This document shows, piece by piece, positions 15,630 to 24,965 of a stretch of DNA of 64,000 nt; positions within the stretch are counted from its first letter, which is position 1; the number at the start of each line of letters is the position of its first letter. This stretch comes from a virus. The stretch is from positions 1 through 64,000 of the IMG/VR virus record IMGVR_UViG_3300035698_026482. One strand, written 5' to 3'. Under the pieces are notes generated by a model. The model was not told the origin of the DNA. It ran no database searches and saw only the letters and a program-made list of their open reading frames with translations. The translations under genes and the position numbers were made by a program.

Positions 15630-16829
15630 TTATTGATTAAGCCAGAGACCTGCGTTTTTTAACGCATTAATCGTTGTGGGTTCTTTTGTGTAAACCGTGT
15701 CTAAGTCAGCAACACCATACCCGGGACACCCCGAATCGCGCGGTTGGTGATCTTCTGTTTCGTCAGCACCGATTTTGGAAACATCTGCGCGCTTATCAGA
15801 ATAGTGTTTCCATACTGCTTTTGCTTGACCTGAGATTATTTCGCGGTCAGGCATCAAGCCATCGCCCTGTAATGTTGCCCATTCCATCGCCACGTCATAA
15901 ATGAATGGTCCCCATCCCTTAACCGCTGACGCCTCAGCGACGACCCACGCGTCACATTCCTTTGACCACCATATTTTGATCTCGGCAATAGAAGTATCAT
16001 CATTACCTAGCACGAATTCTATGCTTGATGGACGTTTATTGGTCGAGTCGGTCCACCATGTAACATAGAAGCCTTGCTCGATATCATTTATGCTGCGTGC
16101 AGCTTCCACTAGCTCTCGTGCGGGAGATTCGAGTGTAAGCTCTTTTTCTTTTTTGGCATGCGCCGCATCGTACAGCTTCTTAATATACCCATTACGCCGA
16201 AGGGCTTTAAAGGCCAGATTCTCAACAGAAAATTCGCCCGCTGAGTCTAGACCTGCTTGTCGCATTTTCTTGACCTTTTGTTTGGCCACATCAAAGCATG
16301 TATCGCTACAGTCGGGATCATCGAGTGCATAGTCAATCATATTCATCAATGACTCTGCTTTATCATTGATTGATTTTTCATCAATCGTGTGTAATTTACG
16401 TTCAGGACGTATAAGCCATTTATCACGTGAGACATCGTACACACCTGTTGAATGGTGTGGTTCGCTTACGTCTTGGGCGTAAAGTTCGACCTCATATCCC
16501 TTGGCGGTTACTTCAAATTGATCATTCCAGATTGTCTTTTTTGCATTCATCAAATTTCGTACAAGCTCAACGTTGTTTGATACTGCTGCGAAATCTAACA
16601 AAATATGAAGATCAATATCGCTATATTCGCTCCAGTTAAAATTCGCCAATGAACCAGTAAAAATAACACCCACGATTGGGATATCAATTTCTAGGAAGTC
16701 GACAAATTCCTGCGCGATATCAAGCAACGTTGCTCGAACTACCGGATCCAAGCGCATGCCTCGCCAAACGTCAGGACTTAGTTCATCTTTAATTTTGAAG
16801 CTGTCTAAATCAACTGCGCGTGACATCAT
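15630..16829 (-). CDS. Nucleotidyltransferase (Pol beta superfamily) fused to a C-terminal GNAT-like domain
   Basis: FTGSLANFNWSEYSDIDLHI (GS..DxD) and VELYAQD; C-terminal KGWGPFIYDVAME...AKAVWKHY. Confidence 0.7.
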   Translation of the reverse strand: MMSRAVDLDSFKIKDELSPDVWRGMRLDPVVRATLLDIAQEFVDFLEIDIPIVGVIFTGSLANFNWSEYSDIDLHILLDFAAVSNNVELVRNLMNAKKTIWNDQFEVTAKGYEVELYAQDVSEPHHSTGVYDVSRDKWLIRPERKLHTIDEKSINDKAESLMNMIDYALDDPDCSDTCFDVAKQKVKKMRQAGLDSAGEFSVENLAFKALRRNGYIKKLYDAAHAKKEKELTLESPARELVEAARSINDIEQGFYVTWWTDSTNKRPSSIEFVLGNDDTSIAEIKIWWSKECDAWVVAEASAVKGWGPFIYDVAMEWATLQGDGLMPDREIISGQAKAVWKHYSDKRADVSKIGADETEDHQPRDSGCPGYGVADLDTVYTKEPTTINALKNAGLWLNQ

Positions 16830-16840
16830 TACGTCTATTC

Positions 16841-17212
16841 TTATCGGTAAAATGTTTCTAGAAGAACATTATGGATTAATTGACGCACCTTAACTTCTGC
16901 GAGTTGTTGCTCGACGCGCTGACTAAGATATTTCACTTGGTCGTCACTAAATGCTGCATCACCGCCTTGGCCGATAAGGCCAATTGCGGTAAGTAATAGC
17001 GCCCTCAACATGCTTCCCGGAACGCTATGTGTGCGGGAAGCATCTGCCGCCAATGATGGCAAGTTTCGAGCGATAGACCCTGGATCACCCACCCATTTCA
17101 TTTTTGCAATACGAGCAATATGTTTTGCCGCCTTATCGACTTGTGGGTTGGCCTTCGGTTTCGATGGCTCTTTGCGCTTAAGCTTGTTTGGGTCAAATGC
17201 ACTGGGACGCAT
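16841..17212 (-). CDS. Hypothetical protein (C-terminal VRQLIHNVLLE motif)
   Basis: 123-aa ORF that fills the gap in the operon. Confidence 0.7.
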   Translation of the reverse strand: MRPSAFDPNKLKRKEPSKPKANPQVDKAAKHIARIAKMKWVGDPGSIARNLPSLAADASRTHSVPGSMLRALLLTAIGLIGQGGDAAFSDDQVKYLSQRVEQQLAEVKVRQLIHNVLLETFYR

Positions 17213-17228
17213 ATCCCTACATATATCG

Positions 17229-17363
17229 CTATACTAGACGACGTGAGCTAAAACAAAAAACTTCCGGCGAATATCTAATATGCACATCAGAAAATAAACC
17301 GCCAGCTTGCCAATAGCTACAGTTACCACGGTTAATCAGATAATCGTACTTAGTAATCCTCAT
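17229..17363 (-). CDS. Solo FSSR-motif microprotein (below ORF-track cutoff)
   Basis: 44 aa: MRITKYDYLINRGNCSYWQAGGLFSDVHIRYSPEVFCFSSRRLV*. Confidence 0.75.
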   Translation of the reverse strand: MRITKYDYLINRGNCSYWQAGGLFSDVHIRYSPEVFCFSSRRLV

Positions 17364-17799
17364 CTAGGCGCTTATGATTCTTTTCGTTTTTATTCATATA
17401 CGCCGTAATAAGTTCTTCGGGTTGAATACCCACGAAAATCAGCAATTCAAAGGTGTAATGTAACGAGTCGGCGACTTCTTCTAAAAAGGCGGCCTTATCA
17501 AACTCAGGAACGTCAGTATTGCGATGAGGCTTCCAGTTTTTAAAATGCTGAATTGATTCGAACATTTCTTCGACTGATTTTAAGCCAGCTTCGCGACAAG
17601 CTTGTTGATCGCGCTTTGAGCTAATGTCAACCGGCCAGTCGGGCATATAGTATCCCTTTACCGCTGCGCGCGATTTATATCGCTTCATTAGCGCTTCTTG
17701 TAAGGCAAACACGTCACGAAGATCTGTTGTCTGTTGCCTCACCTCTTCTATATCGCTTTCAGCAAGTGCTATTGGTAATGGTGGAGGTGTTCCGCCCAT
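17350..17799 (-). CDS. All-alpha NTP pyrophosphatase (MazG / dimeric dUTPase-like)
   Basis: EEMFESIQHFKNWKPH...FLEEVADSLHY...YMNKNEKNHKR. Confidence 0.75.
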   Translation of the reverse strand: MGGTPPPLPIALAESDIEEVRQQTTDLRDVFALQEALMKRYKSRAAVKGYYMPDWPVDISSKRDQQACREAGLKSVEEMFESIQHFKNWKPHRNTDVPEFDKAAFLEEVADSLHYTFELLIFVGIQPEELITAYMNKNEKNHKRLDEDY

Positions 17800-17800
17800 T

Positions 17801-18127
17801 TTATGCCTTTTTCGAATGCTCGATAATTTCGCCAAATTCAGCACTAGCAGTTGCAGCCCCCTTTTTGGCATCTTTCTCTGCGGCTTCTGCGCGATCTACA
17901 AGGTCATTACAAAATTGCTCAACGCCCCGGGCCGACTTATCAGTAATGAACAAGTATCCATCGTCTTTTTCTTCAAATTGCAACATTCGCATAAGATCAA
18001 GAATATCTGTTCCTGTCATAATTGCTGCATTTACAATTTGCATAAATCCCGCAATTGACGGATCGCTAAGGCGAAATTCTTTGGGTTCAGCTGGTGTTGG
18101 ATTATTTGTTGCTTGATCTTGTGTCAT
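17801..18127 (-). CDS. Hypothetical protein
   Basis: 108-aa ORF, tightly packed in the operon. Confidence 0.7.
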   Translation of the reverse strand: MTQDQATNNPTPAEPKEFRLSDPSIAGFMQIVNAAIMTGTDILDLMRMLQFEEKDDGYLFITDKSARGVEQFCNDLVDRAEAAEKDAKKGAATASAEFGEIIEHSKKA

Positions 18128-18129
18128 GT

Positions 18130-18822
18130 TTATTCTCCGCGCTTGCCTGCATGCTTAATTTTCCATTTTTGCATGTCGATGACGTTATCATAGAGTGTGG
18201 GTGTAAAATCTGTTATGATATCCCAAACTGTGGCGTGCACAGCTTCCATTGTATCACTTGCGTCGACAATGTAAACGCGCTCGCCTTTTGGGCGTGAGCG
18301 CGCCCACTCATCGTATGCATTTCTCACTGCAAGTTGAAATTCATTGTCTTTTTCATAATCATCCAAATCGGTTTTTGGAAATGGGGGACCATCAAGAATA
18401 ATGGTGATATCTGGTTCTGCAACGAGATCCAGTTCGCAGTTAAGCTCTTCGGCCGACAACCCCGACGCTCGACCGTATGCATATGATGATGCATTCCAAC
18501 GATCAAATACAAGCGCGTCATATTTTGTAAGAAAAACGGGTAAATAACGTTCTTGATAAATCAATCGATTTGCAATTTGTAATCCCTGAAACGTCGACGG
18601 GTATTTTTTCGCTCTGCCATCACGTAACATTTCATAGATTCGTGTATGTGTATGTTCATCGCGAATCGGCGTTTCAATGTATGCCGATTCTTCCCATCCC
18701 ACCTGTCCTGATAACGCCTGCGTTAGCAATTTCACTTGTGTCTGTTTGCCAACGCGATCAGGACCTTCTATTGCGATCGTTAAATGACATTTTGGATTGT
18801 CGATTAAGTCTTTAATCTTCAT
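18130..18822 (-). CDS. tmk: Thymidylate kinase
   Basis: IAIEGPDRVGKQTQ P-loop; LVFDRWNASSYAYG; PDITIILD. Confidence 0.9.
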   Translation of the reverse strand: MKIKDLIDNPKCHLTIAIEGPDRVGKQTQVKLLTQALSGQVGWEESAYIETPIRDEHTHTRIYEMLRDGRAKKYPSTFQGLQIANRLIYQERYLPVFLTKYDALVFDRWNASSYAYGRASGLSAEELNCELDLVAEPDITIILDGPPFPKTDLDDYEKDNEFQLAVRNAYDEWARSRPKGERVYIVDASDTMEAVHATVWDIITDFTPTLYDNVIDMQKWKIKHAGKRGE

Positions 18823-18848
18823 GTGTTATTATGCTATCCCTGGATCGT

Positions 18849-19091
18849 CTAGGTTGTCTCGTGAGGGACCTTATTACGTGCTGTGGCATATCCATCGGCA
18901 TACCACCCCTCACCCTTCAAGACGAACGTCGTGCTTCTGGAGAATTGCTTCTCTGGGGAGTTTAACCCACAAGCAGGGCACGTCACATCTGCATATAGGG
19001 ATGCAGGATCAACCTTGACTTTAGCAAGGACCAATTCTTCAAATTCGTGGGCGCACGATTCAGAGACGCATTTAAAATTATAGAGAGGCAC
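18849..19091 (-). CDS. FmdB-family zinc-ribbon protein
   Basis: MPLYNFKC..C...FE...CPACG...FVLKGEGWYADGY. Confidence 0.85.
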   Translation of the reverse strand: MPLYNFKCVSESCAHEFEELVLAKVKVDPASLYADVTCPACGLNSPEKQFSRSTTFVLKGEGWYADGYATARNKVPHETT

Positions 19092-19126
19092 AAGTTAAAT
19101 GTACTCGATACCAGCCCATTTGTTCA

Positions 19127-19336
19127 CTAAGGCAATCCCGTAATCTCTACAATATCGCCGTGCTTTTTAAACACGTCAACAAGTGAATACGGCATTCTCA
19201 CATAATATGCTGCCTTCGTTTCCTTAACGATATTAACGTCGCAGGTCTTGTTGCTTAACGCGCGAATGTATCTACCCACACACTTAAATGCCTCGTCGAA
19301 TTCGTCCTCTCGAACGGTAATCTTATAGTGATTCAT
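19127..19336 (-). CDS. Hypothetical protein
   Basis: 69 aa from MNHYKITV; ATGA overlap with the nrdJ C-fragment. Confidence 0.65.
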   Translation of the reverse strand: MNHYKITVREDEFDEAFKCVGRYIRALSNKTCDVNIVKETKAAYYVRMPYSLVDVFKKHGDIVEITGLP

Positions 19337-20310
19337 CCACATACCTCTGCCCCACAATTGACACACATTTCACATCCACCAATATATTGAACTGTATCTT
19401 TTTGGCCACAAGAAACGCAAATATTGCTTGTTTCCGCACCGTCAGGGATGAATTTCTTAAGCGTGCGAGCCATGACGCTAGCGAAGCTTGACATATCAGC
19501 CTCTTTATCTTTTCTAAGCTGTTCAACGACGTATTGGGCCGGGGTGCCATGTCGTAGCATTGTTGAAAGCAGACGTGTGGCAAGACTATAGTTCGGGTTG
19601 TCGAATTGCCTTACAATATCCTTGATCTTCGTGGGATCATCCTTATCACCGTAAATCAAATCATATTTGCCGCCGTGCTTAAATGATCGCTTGGCAATAA
19701 TTGCTTTCTTAATCTTGCTCGGAATCTCCACGTTCTCAGAAAGGCCGCCAAATACCTCGTATGCACGCCCATCAAGAATACCGACAAACACTGTCCACTC
19801 TTCGCCCTTAATCGATGTTCTGTGAACTTCGCACTGGAGCTCTGCCGGGCGGCGAGGTGCATGATGGTCAGTGAAAATCAGCTCTTCAGTTTCATCCTTA
19901 ACGATGACGCCCGATCTGCATCCGTCTCTATAAATGGTAATACCTTTGCACCCGGTTTCCCACCCCATCATGTAAAGATCCTTGACAACGTCTACTGAAA
20001 TATCTTTTGGCAAGTTTGTTGTGTTATGACAAACTGCACTATTAGCAATATAATTGTGATGCTCTGGCACAGAGAAATCATAAGTCTGTTTTAGGCCGAG
20101 GCTTTTAACTGTCTCAACAATCATATGATCTTTTGCTAATTCCATGTTCGCAAACAGCGGGTATCTAGCCCAGGACGCCAGCGCATATATGTCTGGATTA
20201 ATGACGTTTTCTCTTATGTTTTCTTTTTCGATATTCGACAAAAATGCAATAGCATTTTCTTTTGATGATCTTGGGCCAATTGGAAGTCGTCCTTTTAGTA
20301 GATAATTCAT
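19333..20310 (-). CDS. nrdJ: Class II ribonucleotide reductase C-terminal fragment: IntC (20023-20310) plus extein with zinc ribbon
   Basis: TYDFSVPEHHNYIANSAVCHN|TTNLP...GCKGITIYRDGCR...CVSCG..CVNCG; AGGAGG Shine-Dalgarno before ATG 20310. Confidence 0.9.
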   Translation of the reverse strand: MNYLLKGRLPIGPRSSKENAIAFLSNIEKENIRENVINPDIYALASWARYPLFANMELAKDHMIVETVKSLGLKQTYDFSVPEHHNYIANSAVCHNTTNLPKDISVDVVKDLYMMGWETGCKGITIYRDGCRSGVIVKDETEELIFTDHHAPRRPAELQCEVHRTSIKGEEWTVFVGILDGRAYEVFGGLSENVEIPSKIKKAIIAKRSFKHGGKYDLIYGDKDDPTKIKDIVRQFDNPNYSLATRLLSTMLRHGTPAQYVVEQLRKDKEADMSSFASVMARTLKKFIPDGAETSNICVSCGQKDTVQYIGGCEMCVNCGAEVCG

Positions 20311-20311
20311 T

Positions 20312-21316
20312 TTAATTTCCTCCTGCAATCAATTTCTTGATGTGCTTTACATTTAATTCATTCTCTGTGATTATTACAAATTGGTCGCCAAGGAGTGCAC
20401 GGGCGGCGACGAATTTATCTTGATTAACGACATCGGTGACTTTAAAGGCAGGCTTTATTTCTACGATAATTCTATCGGTACCGATCAATAATTCAAAATC
20501 AGGATAATAGTGTCGCTGTTGAGCCACATCGGACCTGAAGTATTTTATGCGATCGGGCGACGACACGAACTCCAGATTCGTCTCGCCTATTAGGTGATCA
20601 CATATTTCACAGAAATTTATTTCCCAAGAAGATCGACAAAAAAGTTTTTGATCAATGTTTTTGAAGATATACCACTCTTTTTCGGTTCCAAGATACCCAT
20701 TTTGATGGTTTAACATAGAACCCTTAAATCGAATAGAAAGATACTCGGAATATGCTTTTTCGACATCATCAGGGCTAGAGTATTCAAACTCTTGTGGTAG
20801 ATGGGCGCGCTTCCACTTAAGCACGTCTTTGTTGCCAAAGCCGATATCAGAATAATAATTGACAACTAACGTCTGTGTGACTTTATCGATGGGCACATCG
20901 TAGTAGTTGCTTATTTTTAATTTCATTCTTCTTTCATATTCAGCTTGAATGTTTTTGTGTTTTGAATGAATTCCTTTCTTGACTTTTTTGCCATGATCAT
21001 GTGAGCGCATGTTATGTCTTGCATATTCTAATAATTCCTGTGCAGTCCCAGTCTCGCCCATGTTTTTGGACCAGTTTATCATGCCCGCCTGTGCCCTATC
21101 AGAAAACGTTGTGCCCTTGGCATCCATAGATTTCTTCCATTTGGAATAAGCTTTTTTTGTAAAGCCAGATCTTATTTTAGAATAACAAGATTTAAGATCA
21201 TCAATTGGCCACAAGTCTAAATCCTCTCTGGACTTGTGGCTGTTATTGACTATCGTCGTTTTCATGGTTTTAATAAACCGATCAGAATAATTTTTCATAT
21301 CAAGCTCTTTTGCCAT
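20312..21316 (-). CDS. TnsA-like PD-(D/E)XK putative homing endonuclease between split-intein halves
   Basis: CRSSWEINF...YYPDF...IVEIKP...FVIITE. Confidence 0.75.
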   Translation of the reverse strand: MAKELDMKNYSDRFIKTMKTTIVNNSHKSREDLDLWPIDDLKSCYSKIRSGFTKKAYSKWKKSMDAKGTTFSDRAQAGMINWSKNMGETGTAQELLEYARHNMRSHDHGKKVKKGIHSKHKNIQAEYERRMKLKISNYYDVPIDKVTQTLVVNYYSDIGFGNKDVLKWKRAHLPQEFEYSSPDDVEKAYSEYLSIRFKGSMLNHQNGYLGTEKEWYIFKNIDQKLFCRSSWEINFCEICDHLIGETNLEFVSSPDRIKYFRSDVAQQRHYYPDFELLIGTDRIIVEIKPAFKVTDVVNQDKFVAARALLGDQFVIITENELNVKHIKKLIAGGN

Positions 21317-21340
21317 GCTATGTCTAAATATAGCATGGCA
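21311..21340 (-). promoter_or_regulatory. Hairpin sequestering the endonuclease start codon, with an ATATTTAG motif at the loop
   Basis: Perfect 10-bp inverted repeat TGCCATGCTA-N10-TAGCATGGCA; the 3' arm contains ATG 21316. Confidence 0.7.
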
Positions 21341-21344
21341 AGAG

Positions 21345-24300
21345 TTATTTTATAACAACGTCACCTGACACAAGGTCGCCTGCGGTAATCCACACCTGTC
21401 TTTCATCAACAAAGCATGCAATAGGCTCATTCGGCGTGCACTTCAATTCTACGCCGTTAGAAAACTTAATCGATACAACTTCCTTGACGCCGTTATCATA
21501 TGTTTGATCTGGTTTAACAAAATCGCCTGACATTGTTTCTACTTTGGCTGTCCCGTTATAAGCCTGGAAGCCCTGCTGATGATTTTCAACATCAACAATT
21601 TCATCATAATACAGCAAGCCTTGATCAGTTGAAATCAGCGTATCTTTTGGAATACAATTGCTGATCGCATGATCGACCCACTTTTGTGCAACTGACTGTA
21701 ATTTCACTTTTTGACGCCAGTCGATTTCCTGTGAAGTAGCGCCCCAATATGGACTCCCTTCTACACCGTCGTCTGATACGTGATCATTGGCCCATTTTTC
21801 AATATCGCCTTCGCTCCAGTTGTTTGCGTGCATCCATTTGATCACGCCTGGATGAATGACATTGAAATGTTGCCAGGTGTCGCCTGAATCATCAATGGAA
21901 TCAACGCGAACACCAGCATCCTCTGGATTGACTTTCTTTTTTCTAAGATACTTTAGGAAAATCGTTGGCTCGATGCCTGACGTTGTTTGACACAAAATTG
22001 ATACTGATCCACAGGGTGCGGTCGTCGTGTTCGCAATATTTCGCCGACCAAATTTATCCCATTTTGCCTGAACTGGTGCAGGCAATGCATCATATATCCG
22101 ATTAAGAAAAGGATGTTCAGTTTCAAGCGCGCGATCGCACACTGGGAACGCGCCACGTTCCTCAGCCATCGTAATGGACGATGTATAACTTGCAAGGGCA
22201 AGATTCTTGTATAGCTTTTCAACTAGCTTAATCGAATCATCAGAGCCATAAGTTAGATTCACCATCGCGATAGTGTCGCCAACGGCTGTTACGCCAAGAC
22301 CAGTCCGACGACCGTTTTCTGCCTGTAATCGAATCTTATTCCATAACTCAAGTTCTATGCGCTTAACATTATCAGGCTCAGGATCTGCTTTAATTTTTCC
22401 AAGAATTCCATCAATTTTTTCAAGCTCTAGCTCGACGAGATCGTCCATAAGGCGCTGGGCCTTCTGGGCGACTTCATTATATTTCTTCCATTGAAACTTT
22501 GCGTTCGGAGTGAATGCGTCTTTTACAAATGATGCTAGATTAATCACCATCAATCTACAAGAATCATTTGGGCTAAGAATAATCTCGCCGCAATTCCGCG
22601 AATTTATTAATGATATCATAGGCTTACCAAAATCGCTAAGTGATTCTGCGCCTATTATATAGAAGTTGTGAAAATCATCAACAGTCCCGTTGTAAACATC
22701 TTCAATACCATCATCTTCAATTGATATAATTCGGTGATTATGCGTTACTGCTGAAGTCTTGAGCTCGTCCCAGGAATTGAATCCAAATTTTGTACTTTTG
22801 CCTAGACGTCTAGCAATTTTTCGTTCCTTACATAGTGCGCCCCATTCTTTAAGCCGCGGTTCACGATCAAGTGAATGCTTAAGCTCGGTGTATACTTCAA
22901 GTTGTTGAAGCTTCTTACCTTCGGCTTTTGATTCCCACACACGATGAATACCTTCGATACGCTTTTCGTGAATCTTCTTATCGCTATTCACGTATTTCAA
23001 TGAACATGCATGTGAACAAAATCCGGTTTCACGATTATTAACATCTGCTTGAAATTGTGATTCGCAACATTCACATGTTTTTTCAACAAGGATATCTTTA
23101 CCATTAATTGTAAGCGGCAAATCGGTTTGCGTACGCCAAAATTCCATTCGAATGAGTGGGTCTTTTGAAGTTGATGCAACATTTCTACCAGTAACACCTG
23201 CGTGGCGTGCAGCATTAAAAAGAAAATGCGACATATCGGCACCTAGACTTTGTTTTCTAAAATCAACAAAGTACCGAGGCCACGATCGTCGTTGCGCTTC
23301 TGCGATATATTCATTTACTTGCGGAATATAATTTAACTCTTTTATCCACGATGACACCGCATCAAATAATTCATCATTTGTTATATCACAGCCATTGCCA
23401 TTCATTATGCCAGAGCTTGCCTCCGACAACTTTGTTTTATACGCTGCACAGCGAACGGGATCGGCAAGAACCTTGTGAATCGGGTTCTTTGCACCGAGCA
23501 TATCACGACGATGCAGATCATCATGATCAGCTTTTGTCATACATCGTAGATTATCGATAGCATTATTTTTTCCACTATAATCAATATGATGAATCACATT
23601 GCGCTTTGGAATTTCGCCATTAAAATGTTCGTATATAAGACGATGCTCGCTTTTTCCACGTCCTACTCTGTTCCATGAGCGCAGCCACCAATAGTCTTGT
23701 GCATTTTTACCTTTATTTTTGGTTATTTTCGCCTGGTGTTTAATTGCGACATGCATGCTGTCGCCAACTCGCAAGCTTGAAACTTCTTCATATTCGCCTC
23801 TTGCAGTGAGAAATTTGTGATTTTTGGTTGCGCGGAGTATGGTACCGTCATCCAACGTAATCTTAACAATTTCTGCGGCGTGCTTTGTTAGTCTAGGACG
23901 ACGCATTGTTCTGATCGCAATTTTGCCATCGCTATCAACACAATAAACTGGAACATCTGATCCTTCGCTCGCAAGTTGCTTAATCGTTACGGCCGTTCTA
24001 CCGTCTGCAACGGCTACAAGCGTATCACCAGTAATACATGGATTAGTCGACGTCGAACCATAGCCCGAGTGACTATATACGTCAGCCGGCGTCATCCTTG
24101 TACATGTATCCCAAAACAACACGCCCGGCTCGGCTGCTGCGTGCGCATGCTTAATGATGTCGTCCCAAAGGTCTTTTGCGCTGGTCCACTCTTCAACTTC
24201 TGGATTTTCTGTTTCGTCAACAGGCCAACGAAGCTGGACTTGTTCATCATTGCGAACAGCGTTCATGAACTCATCTGACATACGAATCGAAACATTCGCA

Positions 24301-24947
24301 CCAGTCACCTTATCACGATGCGCATATCCGCATTTCTGGCATTTCGTCTTTTGGTCTTTGATCCCAATAAACGTGCGAATCTGAGGATGATGGCAGGAAA
24401 CAGTGAGCATCAATGCTCCTCTGCGACCGCCCTGCGCTACTTCCCGACAAGAATTGCTAAAGCGCTCCATAAACACGCCGATCCCGTCTGTCGTTTGTGC
24501 CGAGTTCGCAGTTGGCAATCCACGAGGTCTAATATGAGAAATATCAAATCCTACGCCGCCTCGACGTTTCATAATTTGAACCTGCTCCTGATCAGTGAGC
24601 ATAATACCACCGTATGAATCATGGGGCGATTCAATGACAAAACAATTCGAAAGCGATTGATGCTTGAATTTATTGCCAATACCAGACATTGGACTACCTT
24701 GCGGGATTACATACTTGAATCCGTCTAGTAACTCAAAGATCTCCTGTTCACTCATCGGGTTTTTGAACTTTGCTTCAGCTCGCGCAAATTCACCCGCAAG
24801 ACGTCGATGCATTCCCTCTGGCGTTAACTCCAGATATCCGAAGCTATCGTCATGCAATGCGTATTTTGAGGCCCAGACATCAGCAGCCATATCGTCGCCG
24901 TCAAAGTAAGTTAACGATGCTTTGTATGCGTCATTTTTAGAATGCAT
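21345..24947 (-). CDS. nrdJ: Class II ribonucleotide reductase N-terminal fragment with a cis HNH intein (22593-24038) and terminal IntN (21345-21656)
   Basis: SLSNCFV, GGVGFDISHIRP, RRGALM, STNP|CITGDT...SRN|CGEI, TTAPCGSVSI, DHAISN|CIPKDT. Confidence 0.95.
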   Translation of the reverse strand: MHSKNDAYKASLTYFDGDDMAADVWASKYALHDDSFGYLELTPEGMHRRLAGEFARAEAKFKNPMSEQEIFELLDGFKYVIPQGSPMSGIGNKFKHQSLSNCFVIESPHDSYGGIMLTDQEQVQIMKRRGGVGFDISHIRPRGLPTANSAQTTDGIGVFMERFSNSCREVAQGGRRGALMLTVSCHHPQIRTFIGIKDQKTKCQKCGYAHRDKVTGANVSIRMSDEFMNAVRNDEQVQLRWPVDETENPEVEEWTSAKDLWDDIIKHAHAAAEPGVLFWDTCTRMTPADVYSHSGYGSTSTNPCITGDTLVAVADGRTAVTIKQLASEGSDVPVYCVDSDGKIAIRTMRRPRLTKHAAEIVKITLDDGTILRATKNHKFLTARGEYEEVSSLRVGDSMHVAIKHQAKITKNKGKNAQDYWWLRSWNRVGRGKSEHRLIYEHFNGEIPKRNVIHHIDYSGKNNAIDNLRCMTKADHDDLHRRDMLGAKNPIHKVLADPVRCAAYKTKLSEASSGIMNGNGCDITNDELFDAVSSWIKELNYIPQVNEYIAEAQRRSWPRYFVDFRKQSLGADMSHFLFNAARHAGVTGRNVASTSKDPLIRMEFWRTQTDLPLTINGKDILVEKTCECCESQFQADVNNRETGFCSHACSLKYVNSDKKIHEKRIEGIHRVWESKAEGKKLQQLEVYTELKHSLDREPRLKEWGALCKERKIARRLGKSTKFGFNSWDELKTSAVTHNHRIISIEDDGIEDVYNGTVDDFHNFYIIGAESLSDFGKPMISLINSRNCGEIILSPNDSCRLMVINLASFVKDAFTPNAKFQWKKYNEVAQKAQRLMDDLVELELEKIDGILGKIKADPEPDNVKRIELELWNKIRLQAENGRRTGLGVTAVGDTIAMVNLTYGSDDSIKLVEKLYKNLALASYTSSITMAEERGAFPVCDRALETEHPFLNRIYDALPAPVQAKWDKFGRRNIANTTTAPCGSVSILCQTTSGIEPTIFLKYLRKKKVNPEDAGVRVDSIDDSGDTWQHFNVIHPGVIKWMHANNWSEGDIEKWANDHVSDDGVEGSPYWGATSQEIDWRQKVKLQSVAQKWVDHAISNCIPKDTLISTDQGLLYYDEIVDVENHQQGFQAYNGTAKVETMSGDFVKPDQTYDNGVKEVVSIKFSNGVELKCTPNEPIACFVDERQVWITAGDLVSGDVVIK

Positions 24948-24965
24948 TATATCAGTGTCCTATTT

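Noticed and set aside
24938-24957. TGnTATAAT extended -10 at the nrdJ start
   Set aside because: It overlaps the start codon itself, and the AGGA Shine-Dalgarno supports ATG 24947, so a transcript from this element would lack the start codon.
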